Source: a phage ENP2309
DNA length: 32,000 nucleotides
Direction: 5' to 3' (one strand)
Sequence record: PQ787220.1
Shown here piece by piece: positions 24,953 to 32,000 of this stretch. How positions within the stretch are numbered: position 1 is the first letter of the stretch; the number at the start of each line of letters is the position of its first letter. The notes under the pieces were generated by a model. It made no database searches, was not told the origin of the DNA, and was given only the letters and a program-made list of their open reading frames with translations. Position numbers and translations under genes: made by a program.

Positions 24953-26573
24953 ATTAGAGCAAAACACAGAAATTTTAAATATTTTTAATGGTAAAGGGAG
25001 AGTGGCAGATAAAGTAGAAGAATCTGCCAAAATTATACTAGAATTAGACCACGATTATGACTTTGGTACAGGAGACATTGCTTATACAGAGCGTGGCACA
25101 GATAAGAAAGGACGTTTCTACCTAGAAAGTCACTTGTTTATCCATAAGATTATGCCTTATGGGTTCATCTTAAATGCGGTAGTAAGTAAAGTACACTATG
25201 GAGACCAAGAGGAGACCTTAGAACGAGAGGTGTCTCGTGTATATGAGCTAGAATATAACCTACGAGATAAGGTAGCTGTGCTGATTAAGAATGGTAAACC
25301 ACTAAACTTCTCAGAAAATAACATTAGTAACATGTTTTCTGGGCACGTAGCAAAGAATATTCTTGAACAATTAGATACAATGTCTGGTTCAGATATGTAT
25401 GTATCTGTGTATGAACGAGTTAGTCGAGTTAAGGATGAACAAATTGGTAAAGTATCTCGGTTCTTTGATAGATTGATGAAGTACAACAAGATTGAATTAA
25501 TTTACAAGAGTGGCGTTCCTGAAGGCTTTGCTTTGGCTTATGCTTATAAAGTAGTCGTTGTGGGTGAAGGGAAAAATAGGGATAAATGGTACCAACCTGT
25601 ACAGAATGTGGACTATTTAGATAAGGAACAAACAAATCCGGCTAAACATCTAGGTATTCCAAAGTCTATCTTCAAGATTATTTGTGAAGGCGGACTAGAG
25701 TGGACATTCTACCAAAAAATGGCTAGTCGTTTCCATAAGTCAGTGGATAACAGAAGTATTGTAAAAACCCCTGAATCCCCTACTGCTATGAAGAAGGCAG
25801 AGAAAGAGGTTGCTAAGCTACGACAAGCCTATGCTCGTTTTGGCGGGGTACTGTATAACCTTTATCAGTTTACTAAAGAGCTAGATGAACAATATGGCAT
25901 CTCCCATAGTAAGGATATTATCGAAACAGAGTGGGAATCTATATACGACCATATTATTGCAGGAGTAGTTAACGATAACTATAATAGTACAACTGCTTAT
26001 GATATTTCTATGGTTGCAAACCTAGACTTCTACAGAACTGTTCGTTATCTGTACTATCGAGTATATGTTGAGCAAGGGCTTACTTCACAAGCAGAGGCTA
26101 GGTACACGTACAGAGACTACTTGAGAGCACATCATTATATGAATGCGGTACCTGTTAAGTACCCTAAAGCTCTTAAGACTGCTCATGACATTATTAATAT
26201 GAATTACCGAACAATGAAGGATAAGGTATTGAATAGTAACTTTGAAAGTAGTGTAGCTGAATATAAATATTTAGAAGAAGTATCAGTTAGAGGTGGCTAT
26301 ATTGTTAAGGTACCTGATAGTGTGGAAGACTTAACTAAAGAAGGTTCTAGTTTACACCACTGTGTTGCTACTTATGCTCATCAAGTAGCAGAAGGTTCTA
26401 CTCGTATTCTGTTTATGCGAGATAAGACAGAGCCAGATACTAGCTTAGTTACTTTTGAGGTAAAAAATAATAAACTAGTACAAGCAAGAGGGCTAGTTAA
26501 CCGTGACTTGACAAATAAGGAGCAGGAGTTCCTAGACAAATGGTTAGCTAAAGCAGAAATTGGTAAGTATTAG
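24945..26573 (+). CDS. PcfJ-like protein
   Basis: C-terminal 'LTKEGSSLHHCVATYAHQVAEGSTRILFMRDKTEPDTSLVTFEVKNNKLVQARGLVNR' is the characteristic PcfJ motif. Confidence 0.8.
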   Translation: MIKLEQNTEILNIFNGKGRVADKVEESAKIILELDHDYDFGTGDIAYTERGTDKKGRFYLESHLFIHKIMPYGFILNAVVSKVHYGDQEETLEREVSRVYELEYNLRDKVAVLIKNGKPLNFSENNISNMFSGHVAKNILEQLDTMSGSDMYVSVYERVSRVKDEQIGKVSRFFDRLMKYNKIELIYKSGVPEGFALAYAYKVVVVGEGKNRDKWYQPVQNVDYLDKEQTNPAKHLGIPKSIFKIICEGGLEWTFYQKMASRFHKSVDNRSIVKTPESPTAMKKAEKEVAKLRQAYARFGGVLYNLYQFTKELDEQYGISHSKDIIETEWESIYDHIIAGVVNDNYNSTTAYDISMVANLDFYRTVRYLYYRVYVEQGLTSQAEARYTYRDYLRAHHYMNAVPVKYPKALKTAHDIINMNYRTMKDKVLNSNFESSVAEYKYLEEVSVRGGYIVKVPDSVEDLTKEGSSLHHCVATYAHQVAEGSTRILFMRDKTEPDTSLVTFEVKNNKLVQARGLVNRDLTNKEQEFLDKWLAKAEIGKY

Positions 26574-26730
26574 TTTGCCTAAAAAGGCGGAATATGGAGT
26601 GTGTATAGACCAATTCACAATGAAAAAAGTACACTAAACAGTTGTTATTTCATTATTAGGTAAAACAACTTATTTTAGATAGCTGATATTGACCGACAAA
26701 TATTTCATAATGATTTAGCTATTAAAGTTA

Positions 26731-26760
26731 CAAAAACCCTACTAATATGTGGGGTTTTTG
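26731..26760 (+). terminator. terminator hairpin, potentially bidirectional
   Basis: CAAAAACCC (26731-26739) / GGGTTTTTG (26752-26760). Confidence 0.65.
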
Positions 26761-26891
26761 CTTGTTTCAATTACATATGAAATTTTACAGATGTTCTGCT
26801 ATATTAGTTACAGAAGCTAATAAAACAAAGGGTTTCGACCCTTAAAAATGATATTTCATATAATTAAAAGTTGAAGGAGTTTATAACTAAA

Positions 26892-27581
26892 ATGGCTAAA
26901 AAAGAAGTAAACAACAGCTCAGTATTACTGAATCTATACAATAATAAATTGCTTGTATCTAAGGTAGACGAGGCGTTAGACGAGGGTAAACCATACGATT
27001 TTATTATTGCTTTTTGTAAAGAGAAGTTCGATTTTGAAATTAATAAACCTGCATTATCTAGGTACAAAGAGAAACGTAGAGAGTCTTTAGAAACAGGAGT
27101 AGACTTGGAATCACTACTTGACAAACGTAGAAAATCAGGTAAAATTATTGATATTAAGTCTAAAGAGGTAACCCCACTTCCTAATGAAACATACGATAAC
27201 ACATTTGGACAAGTGGAACAGATATACAATGATGTAGAGGTGTTAGATACAATCATACAAAAAGGTTTTAACTCTCTAAAAGAGGTAGACTATGTTGAAG
27301 CCCCACTTGCTATGAAAGCAATTGAAGTAAAAGCTAAGATAACAGCTAACCAGTTCCAAGGTCTAAGTCTAACAGGTTTAAGAGAGCTAAGATTAAGACA
27401 GTCTGCTAAAGAACAAGCAATGACTGAGATTATTCTACAATTTATTCCAGAAGAACAGCATGAAGAAGTATTCAATGCAATTGAATCGGCAGAGAAAGAG
27501 TTCTATGAAAACTTAGACTTAACAGAGGAAGACCAAAGAATCACTAAAGCGTTGCAAGCATCAGGTATGGATATAATTTAG
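26892..27581 (+). CDS. hypothetical helical protein
   Basis: ATG 26892 preferred over the track's TTG 26871, which overlaps its SD 'gaaggag'; small-terminase-like composition is only a weak impression. Confidence 0.75.
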   Translation: MAKKEVNNSSVLLNLYNNKLLVSKVDEALDEGKPYDFIIAFCKEKFDFEINKPALSRYKEKRRESLETGVDLESLLDKRRKSGKIIDIKSKEVTPLPNETYDNTFGQVEQIYNDVEVLDTIIQKGFNSLKEVDYVEAPLAMKAIEVKAKITANQFQGLSLTGLRELRLRQSAKEQAMTEIILQFIPEEQHEEVFNAIESAEKEFYENLDLTEEDQRITKALQASGMDII

Positions 27582-27591
27582 GAGGGCTATA

Positions 27592-28059
27592 ATGGTTGAA
27601 AATTTGAGAGAGGTAAATTATAAAACGTTAACCTTAGAAGAAAGTTTACATGCATTACTTGGAGGAAAGACCCTTATTGTAAAAGGGCTAGAACAAAGAC
27701 GTAAGTTAGATGTGCTAGTAAGGATTTTCTCAGAAGGTGTTGTACCTGTTACGCAGATAAGTTATGATACAACCCCTGCGGATGGTTATTGGAGAACAGG
27801 ATATTGGCAGATATACGATTTGCCAATTAATGCCCTTAGCACATACCCATGTTTTATCTATGATGATTTAAATACGGATGAACTCCCTAAATTTATGATA
27901 GGGGACACTGTTTACTACACAAGTAAAGAGGACTCTATCAAAGATTCCGCCATTGTAATCAGTGTGTACAAAGACGATGTTAACAATAAGTGGTACTACA
28001 AGCTAAGTAGAGACAACGAAATATATGCAGAGAGTGAGATTAGAAGAGACAGGTTATAA
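27592..28059 (+). CDS. hypothetical protein
   Basis: 155-aa ORF, SD 'ggagggc'. Confidence 0.75.
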   Translation: MVENLREVNYKTLTLEESLHALLGGKTLIVKGLEQRRKLDVLVRIFSEGVVPVTQISYDTTPADGYWRTGYWQIYDLPINALSTYPCFIYDDLNTDELPKFMIGDTVYYTSKEDSIKDSAIVISVYKDDVNNKWYYKLSRDNEIYAESEIRRDRL

Positions 28060-28078
28060 GCCTGCCTCTTTTTTTTTA
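28046..28078 (+). terminator. Rho-independent terminator
   Basis: GAG-a-CAGG...CCTG-c-CTC followed by T run. Confidence 0.8.
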
Positions 28079-28087
28079 AATTTATTG

Positions 28088-28116
28088 TTGACAAATATCT
28101 ATAACTTTGTTATAGT
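28088..28116 (+). promoter_or_regulatory. sigma70/sigmaA-type promoter
   Basis: TTGACA (28088-28093), 17 nt, TATAGT (28111-28116). Confidence 0.8.
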
Positions 28117-28159
28117 ATAAATATCAAGGATATTGATAATAAATTTTGGAGGTGCCATG

Positions 28160-30439
28160 ATGGCAAATATTTTAGACACATTAAAGTGGTTAGATAAAGG
28201 GGACAAAGTTACTATTGAATTTGATAAAGAGCGGTCGAAGTATGCAAAACTGACTTTGCACGATTCATCAGCTAAGACAAATATTGTCCGTAACATTGTT
28301 TTTTATGATTTAGACAAAGGAGTGTATGCTTACACTGGTGAATACACCCCTGTATGGGATAACTTATTAGATGATATGCGTAAGACACAAGGCGCAGGAC
28401 CTGAAATTAAGACTACAAAAGTAAATCAGTTAGCTACCTATGAAGATGCCTTAAAGTTTATTGAAACAAATGGTACGTTTTATGTAATTGGTGAGGAAGT
28501 AATTGTTAAGGTTAAAGATGCAAAAGAGCTAGCATTGATGTTAATGTACTTTAGAGATGCTATTGAAGAACTAAGAGGAGAATACGACCCTAAAAAACAT
28601 CATGTAGATATGACAATTGAATTATCAAAAGATGTTTTGAAAAAAATGGCAGTACCTAGACATGAATTAGACTTATCTTTAGGTGGATTAATGAGAGCTG
28701 TATCACATAATGTTGGAGAAGACCTTTTTGAAACTCTTGGGTTTGACTACATGAAGCAAGCTTGGGAAGTCTTAGTTAATTGCTTGTCACTAGACACTAT
28801 CCATGAGGTACCTTTCCGTGTGCTAGACGAATTAGAGAAAGTAACAGATAGCATGTCTACTACAGACCATATTGTTACCTTGTATGCCGGTAGAGAACTT
28901 AAAAAATTCTATTCAGAGGAAGAGTACTTTGATGTAATCACACACAATTTAGCTGATGTGATTATGGACTGGTCAACTATTTTTACTACAGCTGTTCTTA
29001 ATAATACAGAAGATGATGAACACCTTAAAGAGTTACAGCTTAACTTTGAGAGATTCAAGCTAGATGTAGCAGAGGTTCTATTAGGTAACGTTGCAAGACA
29101 TTTACTATATGCAGGAGTTACCGATAGCTTTAACGAAGTTAACCATTATGTTGTCGGAGCAGGCAACCTGATTAGAACAGAAGGTTTGATTAGAATAGAA
29201 GAGTTAGCTGGAACATTAGACGACCTTAAAGATGAAGATAGTTCTGAAACAGATAATAAAGAGTTACTAGATGACATCTTTACAAATACAGGTGATGATG
29301 GTGTTGAAGACTTTACAAAAGAAGTAGACGAGCTTGCCATGTTTGAGAACGAACATGCTGAGGAACTTTTGGAAGTCAATAACAAATTAAAAGATAATCA
29401 AGAGTTATTACGTAAAACTGTGGAGGCGATGGGTATGGCTTCTTACTCTACTATTGATTCATCATTTGAACAAGAGGAAGAAACAGATAGCAACCACACA
29501 GAGACTTGTGAGGATACCAGAGCTTTCCAAATGTTAAGCTATGCAGTACGTTCAGGAGACAAATTACTTGAACGTGTAGAGAACCACCCACAAACTGAAA
29601 AAGGGTTGAAAATGGCTAAAGATTCTCTAAAAGAGTTTGACCATACAGTTAAACCAGAATTAGAAGCTTATTTAAAAGCAGAAGAGCTAGCGGAAGACGT
29701 TGATAGACATGCAATTGTAACTACAATTATCCGTATCAAGGACACTATGGAAGCAGATATGGACGGCTGTACCGACCCAATAGAGCAAGGTTTATTCTAC
29801 GCAGGAAGCCTAAATATGTTAGAAGAAATGGAATCATTGTTACGGGCTAGCAATAGAGGTTATGGTTGGGACGTAACAGCTATCTACCTTATCTTGTCCA
29901 TTGAACTAGCTTATGGGACTTACGGGTTGTCTGATTTAGACTTTACAATTAAAAATAAAGAGGAAACTCGTAAAGAAGAACAAGATGCAATTAATGGTAT
30001 TGTAAACTTCTTAGCCAATCTTTTAAATACAGTACTAGAAGAAGAATCAGAATCAGAAGAAACACCTGTAGTAGTCGAAGAGGAAGAGGAAGAAGAGGAT
30101 AAGGATGACTTCTCACTATCTACAGAAGACACTGCTAAGCTATTGGCAGACTGGTCAAATGGTCTACCTACGTATGTCGTTACTCGTAAATACGGAATTA
30201 GTATGGGAGCTTTATACTCTATCTTATATGCAAATGGGGCAGACGTTAAATCTTCTAAAGTAGCAGAACGAGTGGCTCATGTGGAAAATGACAAAGATAT
30301 GTTAAACGCAGTCATTCGAGACTACAAGAATGGTACTCGTTTAGTAGATATTTATACTAAATACAAATTATATAAAAATGGTTTGTTCTATCTTTTAGAT
30401 AAATATCGAGTGCCACGTAGAGGACGTACAAAGAAATAA
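28160..30439 (+). CDS. large hypothetical protein, acidic linker and two C-terminal helix-turn-helix-like units
   Basis: SD GGAGG (28148-28152) supports ATG 28160; 'EEEEEEDKDD' then 'TAKLLADWSNGLPTYVVTRKYGISMGALYSILYANG' and 'MLNAVIRDYKNGTRLVDIYTKYKLYKNGLFYLLDKYRV'. Confidence 0.8.
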   Translation: MANILDTLKWLDKGDKVTIEFDKERSKYAKLTLHDSSAKTNIVRNIVFYDLDKGVYAYTGEYTPVWDNLLDDMRKTQGAGPEIKTTKVNQLATYEDALKFIETNGTFYVIGEEVIVKVKDAKELALMLMYFRDAIEELRGEYDPKKHHVDMTIELSKDVLKKMAVPRHELDLSLGGLMRAVSHNVGEDLFETLGFDYMKQAWEVLVNCLSLDTIHEVPFRVLDELEKVTDSMSTTDHIVTLYAGRELKKFYSEEEYFDVITHNLADVIMDWSTIFTTAVLNNTEDDEHLKELQLNFERFKLDVAEVLLGNVARHLLYAGVTDSFNEVNHYVVGAGNLIRTEGLIRIEELAGTLDDLKDEDSSETDNKELLDDIFTNTGDDGVEDFTKEVDELAMFENEHAEELLEVNNKLKDNQELLRKTVEAMGMASYSTIDSSFEQEEETDSNHTETCEDTRAFQMLSYAVRSGDKLLERVENHPQTEKGLKMAKDSLKEFDHTVKPELEAYLKAEELAEDVDRHAIVTTIIRIKDTMEADMDGCTDPIEQGLFYAGSLNMLEEMESLLRASNRGYGWDVTAIYLILSIELAYGTYGLSDLDFTIKNKEETRKEEQDAINGIVNFLANLLNTVLEEESESEETPVVVEEEEEEEDKDDFSLSTEDTAKLLADWSNGLPTYVVTRKYGISMGALYSILYANGADVKSSKVAERVAHVENDKDMLNAVIRDYKNGTRLVDIYTKYKLYKNGLFYLLDKYRVPRRGRTKK

Positions 30440-30498
30440 CAATGATTAAGGTAGTGGTGCTCAACTACTACCTAATCTTTTATTAGGGAGGAACTTAA

Positions 30499-30705
30499 TT
30501 GATTCTTTTTATATTTAGCATTATTACAATGCTATCCATGTTCTTACTATATTTGTTTGGAATGGCTTCTGTAGCCCTAATTCAATTAGGGCTTCTTATA
30601 GGTAGTCAAAATGATATAACTAAAGGTGCACACTCTTTGCTTTTCACAGGTATTGCACTTACTGTAGTCACCGAAATAACTAAGCAGTGTTTACTATTAT
30701 TTTAA
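30499..30705 (+). CDS. small membrane protein
   Basis: TTG start after 'gggaggaac' SD; two hydrophobic segments. Confidence 0.65.
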   Translation: MILFIFSIITMLSMFLLYLFGMASVALIQLGLLIGSQNDITKGAHSLLFTGIALTVVTEITKQCLLLF

Positions 30706-30724
30706 AAAAATTGGAGGATTTAAT

Positions 30725-31231
30725 ATGTTGTTTTTTATTGTTTTAGCAGTATTTATAGGTGGTCTTGTTTTATGGGGAATGTATGATAGTTATGGGTACC
30801 TAGACTGGACTTCATGGTTATTTAGTATTGTGGTAGGCTCTGCTGTAGCTACTTTTTTCACACTGGCGGCGGTTGGAATTACTTTCGATGTTGCACCAAG
30901 TCATGGGGTAACGAAAAGTCATGAATTACACCCTATCTATGAGAACAGTAAAGTAGTTGTAGAGGCTAAAAAAGAACAGTTTGAGATTAATGTAGATGGC
31001 GGTTTGGTAGCTATTGATGCAGAAGGTACTACTATCCTATCTACTAAAGGAGAAATTAAGCCTAAAATTGTGTTTACAGAGAACTATATAAACAACAACT
31101 GGTGGACTCGTTTCCTAGGTATAGCAGGTAAGGTAAAAGACACTTCATCAGTTCTTTATTTAGACTCAGATACCTTAGTGTACAATAAGCCGGAAAAGAA
31201 CAGTAGCGCACCAGATTTAAAAATTAAATAA
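30725..31231 (+). CDS. membrane protein (two N-terminal TM helices)
   Basis: 'LFFIVLAVFIGGLVLWGMYDSY' and 'WLFSIVVGSAVATFFTLAAVGIT'. Confidence 0.75.
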   Translation: MLFFIVLAVFIGGLVLWGMYDSYGYLDWTSWLFSIVVGSAVATFFTLAAVGITFDVAPSHGVTKSHELHPIYENSKVVVEAKKEQFEINVDGGLVAIDAEGTTILSTKGEIKPKIVFTENYINNNWWTRFLGIAGKVKDTSSVLYLDSDTLVYNKPEKNSSAPDLKIK

Positions 31232-31240
31232 ATAATTTAG

Positions 31241-31269
31241 AAAAAGGGGCTTGCATAAAGTCTCTTTTT
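31241..31269 (+). terminator. Rho-independent terminator
   Basis: AAAAAGGGGCT / AGTCTCTTTTT, 11 bp with G.U pairs. Confidence 0.7.
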
Positions 31270-31305
31270 ATGTTAATATGTATTTATAGATAGGAGGTAA
31301 GCAAT

Positions 31306-31476
31306 ATGTCTTATACGAAAAGAGCGTTAGAAGCTAGAGGATATGACTTTGACACAATGTCTATGCTAGAGAAGATGAATGCTTTACTAGAACTATTAGA
31401 AGAACCAGAATTTCAAGAACAGATGAGGAAAGAGTATGAAGAGTTCGCTAAGGAGTGTGCTACAAATGGAGAATGA
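31306..31476 (+). CDS. small hypothetical protein (56 aa), missed by the ORF track
   Basis: SD 'taggaggtaagcaat' then ATG; MSYTKRALEARGYDFDTMSMLEKMNALLELLEEPEFQEQMRKEYEEFAKECATNGE*; stop overlaps the next start. Confidence 0.75.
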   Translation: MSYTKRALEARGYDFDTMSMLEKMNALLELLEEPEFQEQMRKEYEEFAKECATNGE

Positions 31477-31738
31477 AAAGTTAGAGTCTTACTTTATGAA
31501 AGAGATTGCACCTATTTTAGATGAAATAGAGATGAGTGAAGAATTGATAAAGGGAATGGAGAACAACAACCCATCCGATATGATTACAGTCTCTTTTTCC
31601 AAAGAAGAAGTAGACATACTCTTAGCAATGTTAGACCTTGAGTTACCTAGATTAGACAGTGGTTCTGAATTGTTTAGCCCTAATCTGGTAAGGGAAGCTA
31701 AACTACAATTAATTAAGAACAAGCTAACTTCAAAATGA
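31466..31738 (+). CDS. small hypothetical acidic protein
   Basis: ATG 31466 (MENEKLESYF...) preferred over 31436; SD 'aaggag' 31450-31455. Confidence 0.7.
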   Translation: MENEKLESYFMKEIAPILDEIEMSEELIKGMENNNPSDMITVSFSKEEVDILLAMLDLELPRLDSGSELFSPNLVREAKLQLIKNKLTSK

Positions 31739-31766
31739 TTTCTCACTAGAATTAATTAGTGAGAAA
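31739..31766 (+). repeat. 10-bp inverted repeat upstream of regulator promoter
   Basis: TTTCTCACTA-gaattaat-TAGTGAGAAA. Confidence 0.8.
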
Positions 31767-31783
31767 AAAATTAAATAAAACTA

Positions 31784-31812
31784 TTGACAAATAACAAAAA
31801 ATGATGTAAACT
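31784..31812 (+). promoter_or_regulatory. promoter for XRE regulator
   Basis: TTGACA (31784-31789), 17 nt, TAAACT (31807-31812). Confidence 0.75.
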
Positions 31813-31845
31813 AAGTTTATAAGATAAAGAAGAGGAGAGATACAC

Positions 31846-32000
31846 ATGAATGAACAAAAGAAAGTATATGCAAAATTAACAGAGGACGAGGCAGTATTTG
31901 CTTGTGAACTAGGAGATAAAATTAAACAAATTAGAGAGAGCCAAGAGCTATCTCGATTAGAACTTGCAAAACGAGCAAAAGTAGACCACTCAACATTAAT
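31846..32000 (+). CDS. XRE/Cro-type HTH regulator, truncated by window end
   Basis: 'LGDKIKQIRESQELSRLELAKRAKVDHSTL' HTH_3 pattern; SD 'agaggaga'. Confidence 0.85.
   Translation, partial: MNEQKKVYAKLTEDEAVFACELGDKIKQIRESQELSRLELAKRAKVDHSTL

Noticed and set aside
26689-26711. Promoter 'TTGACC...CATAAT' before the 26892 gene
   Set aside because: Spacer is only 12 nt and no suitable -10 is present at 16-18 nt.
26828-26843. AAGGG-TTTCGA-CCCTT as the T-arm of a tRNA
   Set aside because: Loop is 6 nt, the putative acceptor stem is separated by 9 nt, the D and anticodon arms do not fit canonical sizes, and no anticodon loop is recognisable.
375-30132. Other minus-strand ORFs in the track (375..566, 691..888, 3172..3558, 4535..4819, 7944..8318, 15963..16196, 26864..27256, 29146..29385 and others)
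   Set aside because: All overlap supported + strand genes or the hairpin region, with low-complexity Ser/Leu-rich translations and no motif support.
1-32000. CRISPR array or transposon/IS element
   Set aside because: No regularly spaced direct repeats and no transposase or terminal inverted repeats seen. The only tandem repeat is the in-frame 27-nt unit.

Overview
This 32 kb window has all genes on the + strand and is gene-dense and AT-rich. It looks like the replication/recombination and sigma-factor region of a large lytic myovirus of Gram-positive bacteria, SPO1/Twort/Herelleviridae-like by gene content and order. Readable functions are: the C-terminus of an SbcC/Rad50-like ATPase, a CHC2/Toprim DNA primase, a dUTPase-fold protein, an Hjc-like resolvase/nuclease, a DUF3310 protein, an HU/TF1-like DNA-binding protein, family A DNA polymerase (split by a group I intron), a UvsY-like candidate, a gp32-like/Q-rich candidate SSB, RecA (split by a second group I intron), a sigma factor, an SPP1-type holin, two paralogous virion-like proteins (one with Big_2 Ig-like domains), a DHH/DHHA1-like protein with lost motifs, a metallophosphoesterase, an sce7726-like nuclease, a nucleotidyltransferase overlapping a PcfJ-like gene, a large acidic protein with tandem C-terminal HTHs, and an XRE regulator cut by the window end. 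Most notable points: (1) two ORF-less group I introns, inserted at the PolA O-helix motif and the RecA L1 loop, that share a 64-nt block of 100% identity, with P1 pairings that fix the splice sites; (2) a terminator-like hairpin whose 3' arm is the holin Shine-Dalgarno sequence; (3) several likely degenerate enzymes (UDG-like domain on PolA, DHH-like protein, dUTPase with altered motifs); (4) the overlapping NTase-PcfJ pair; (5) a candidate UvsY/SSB/RecA cassette. No database or folding program was used, so homology calls come from recognised motifs.
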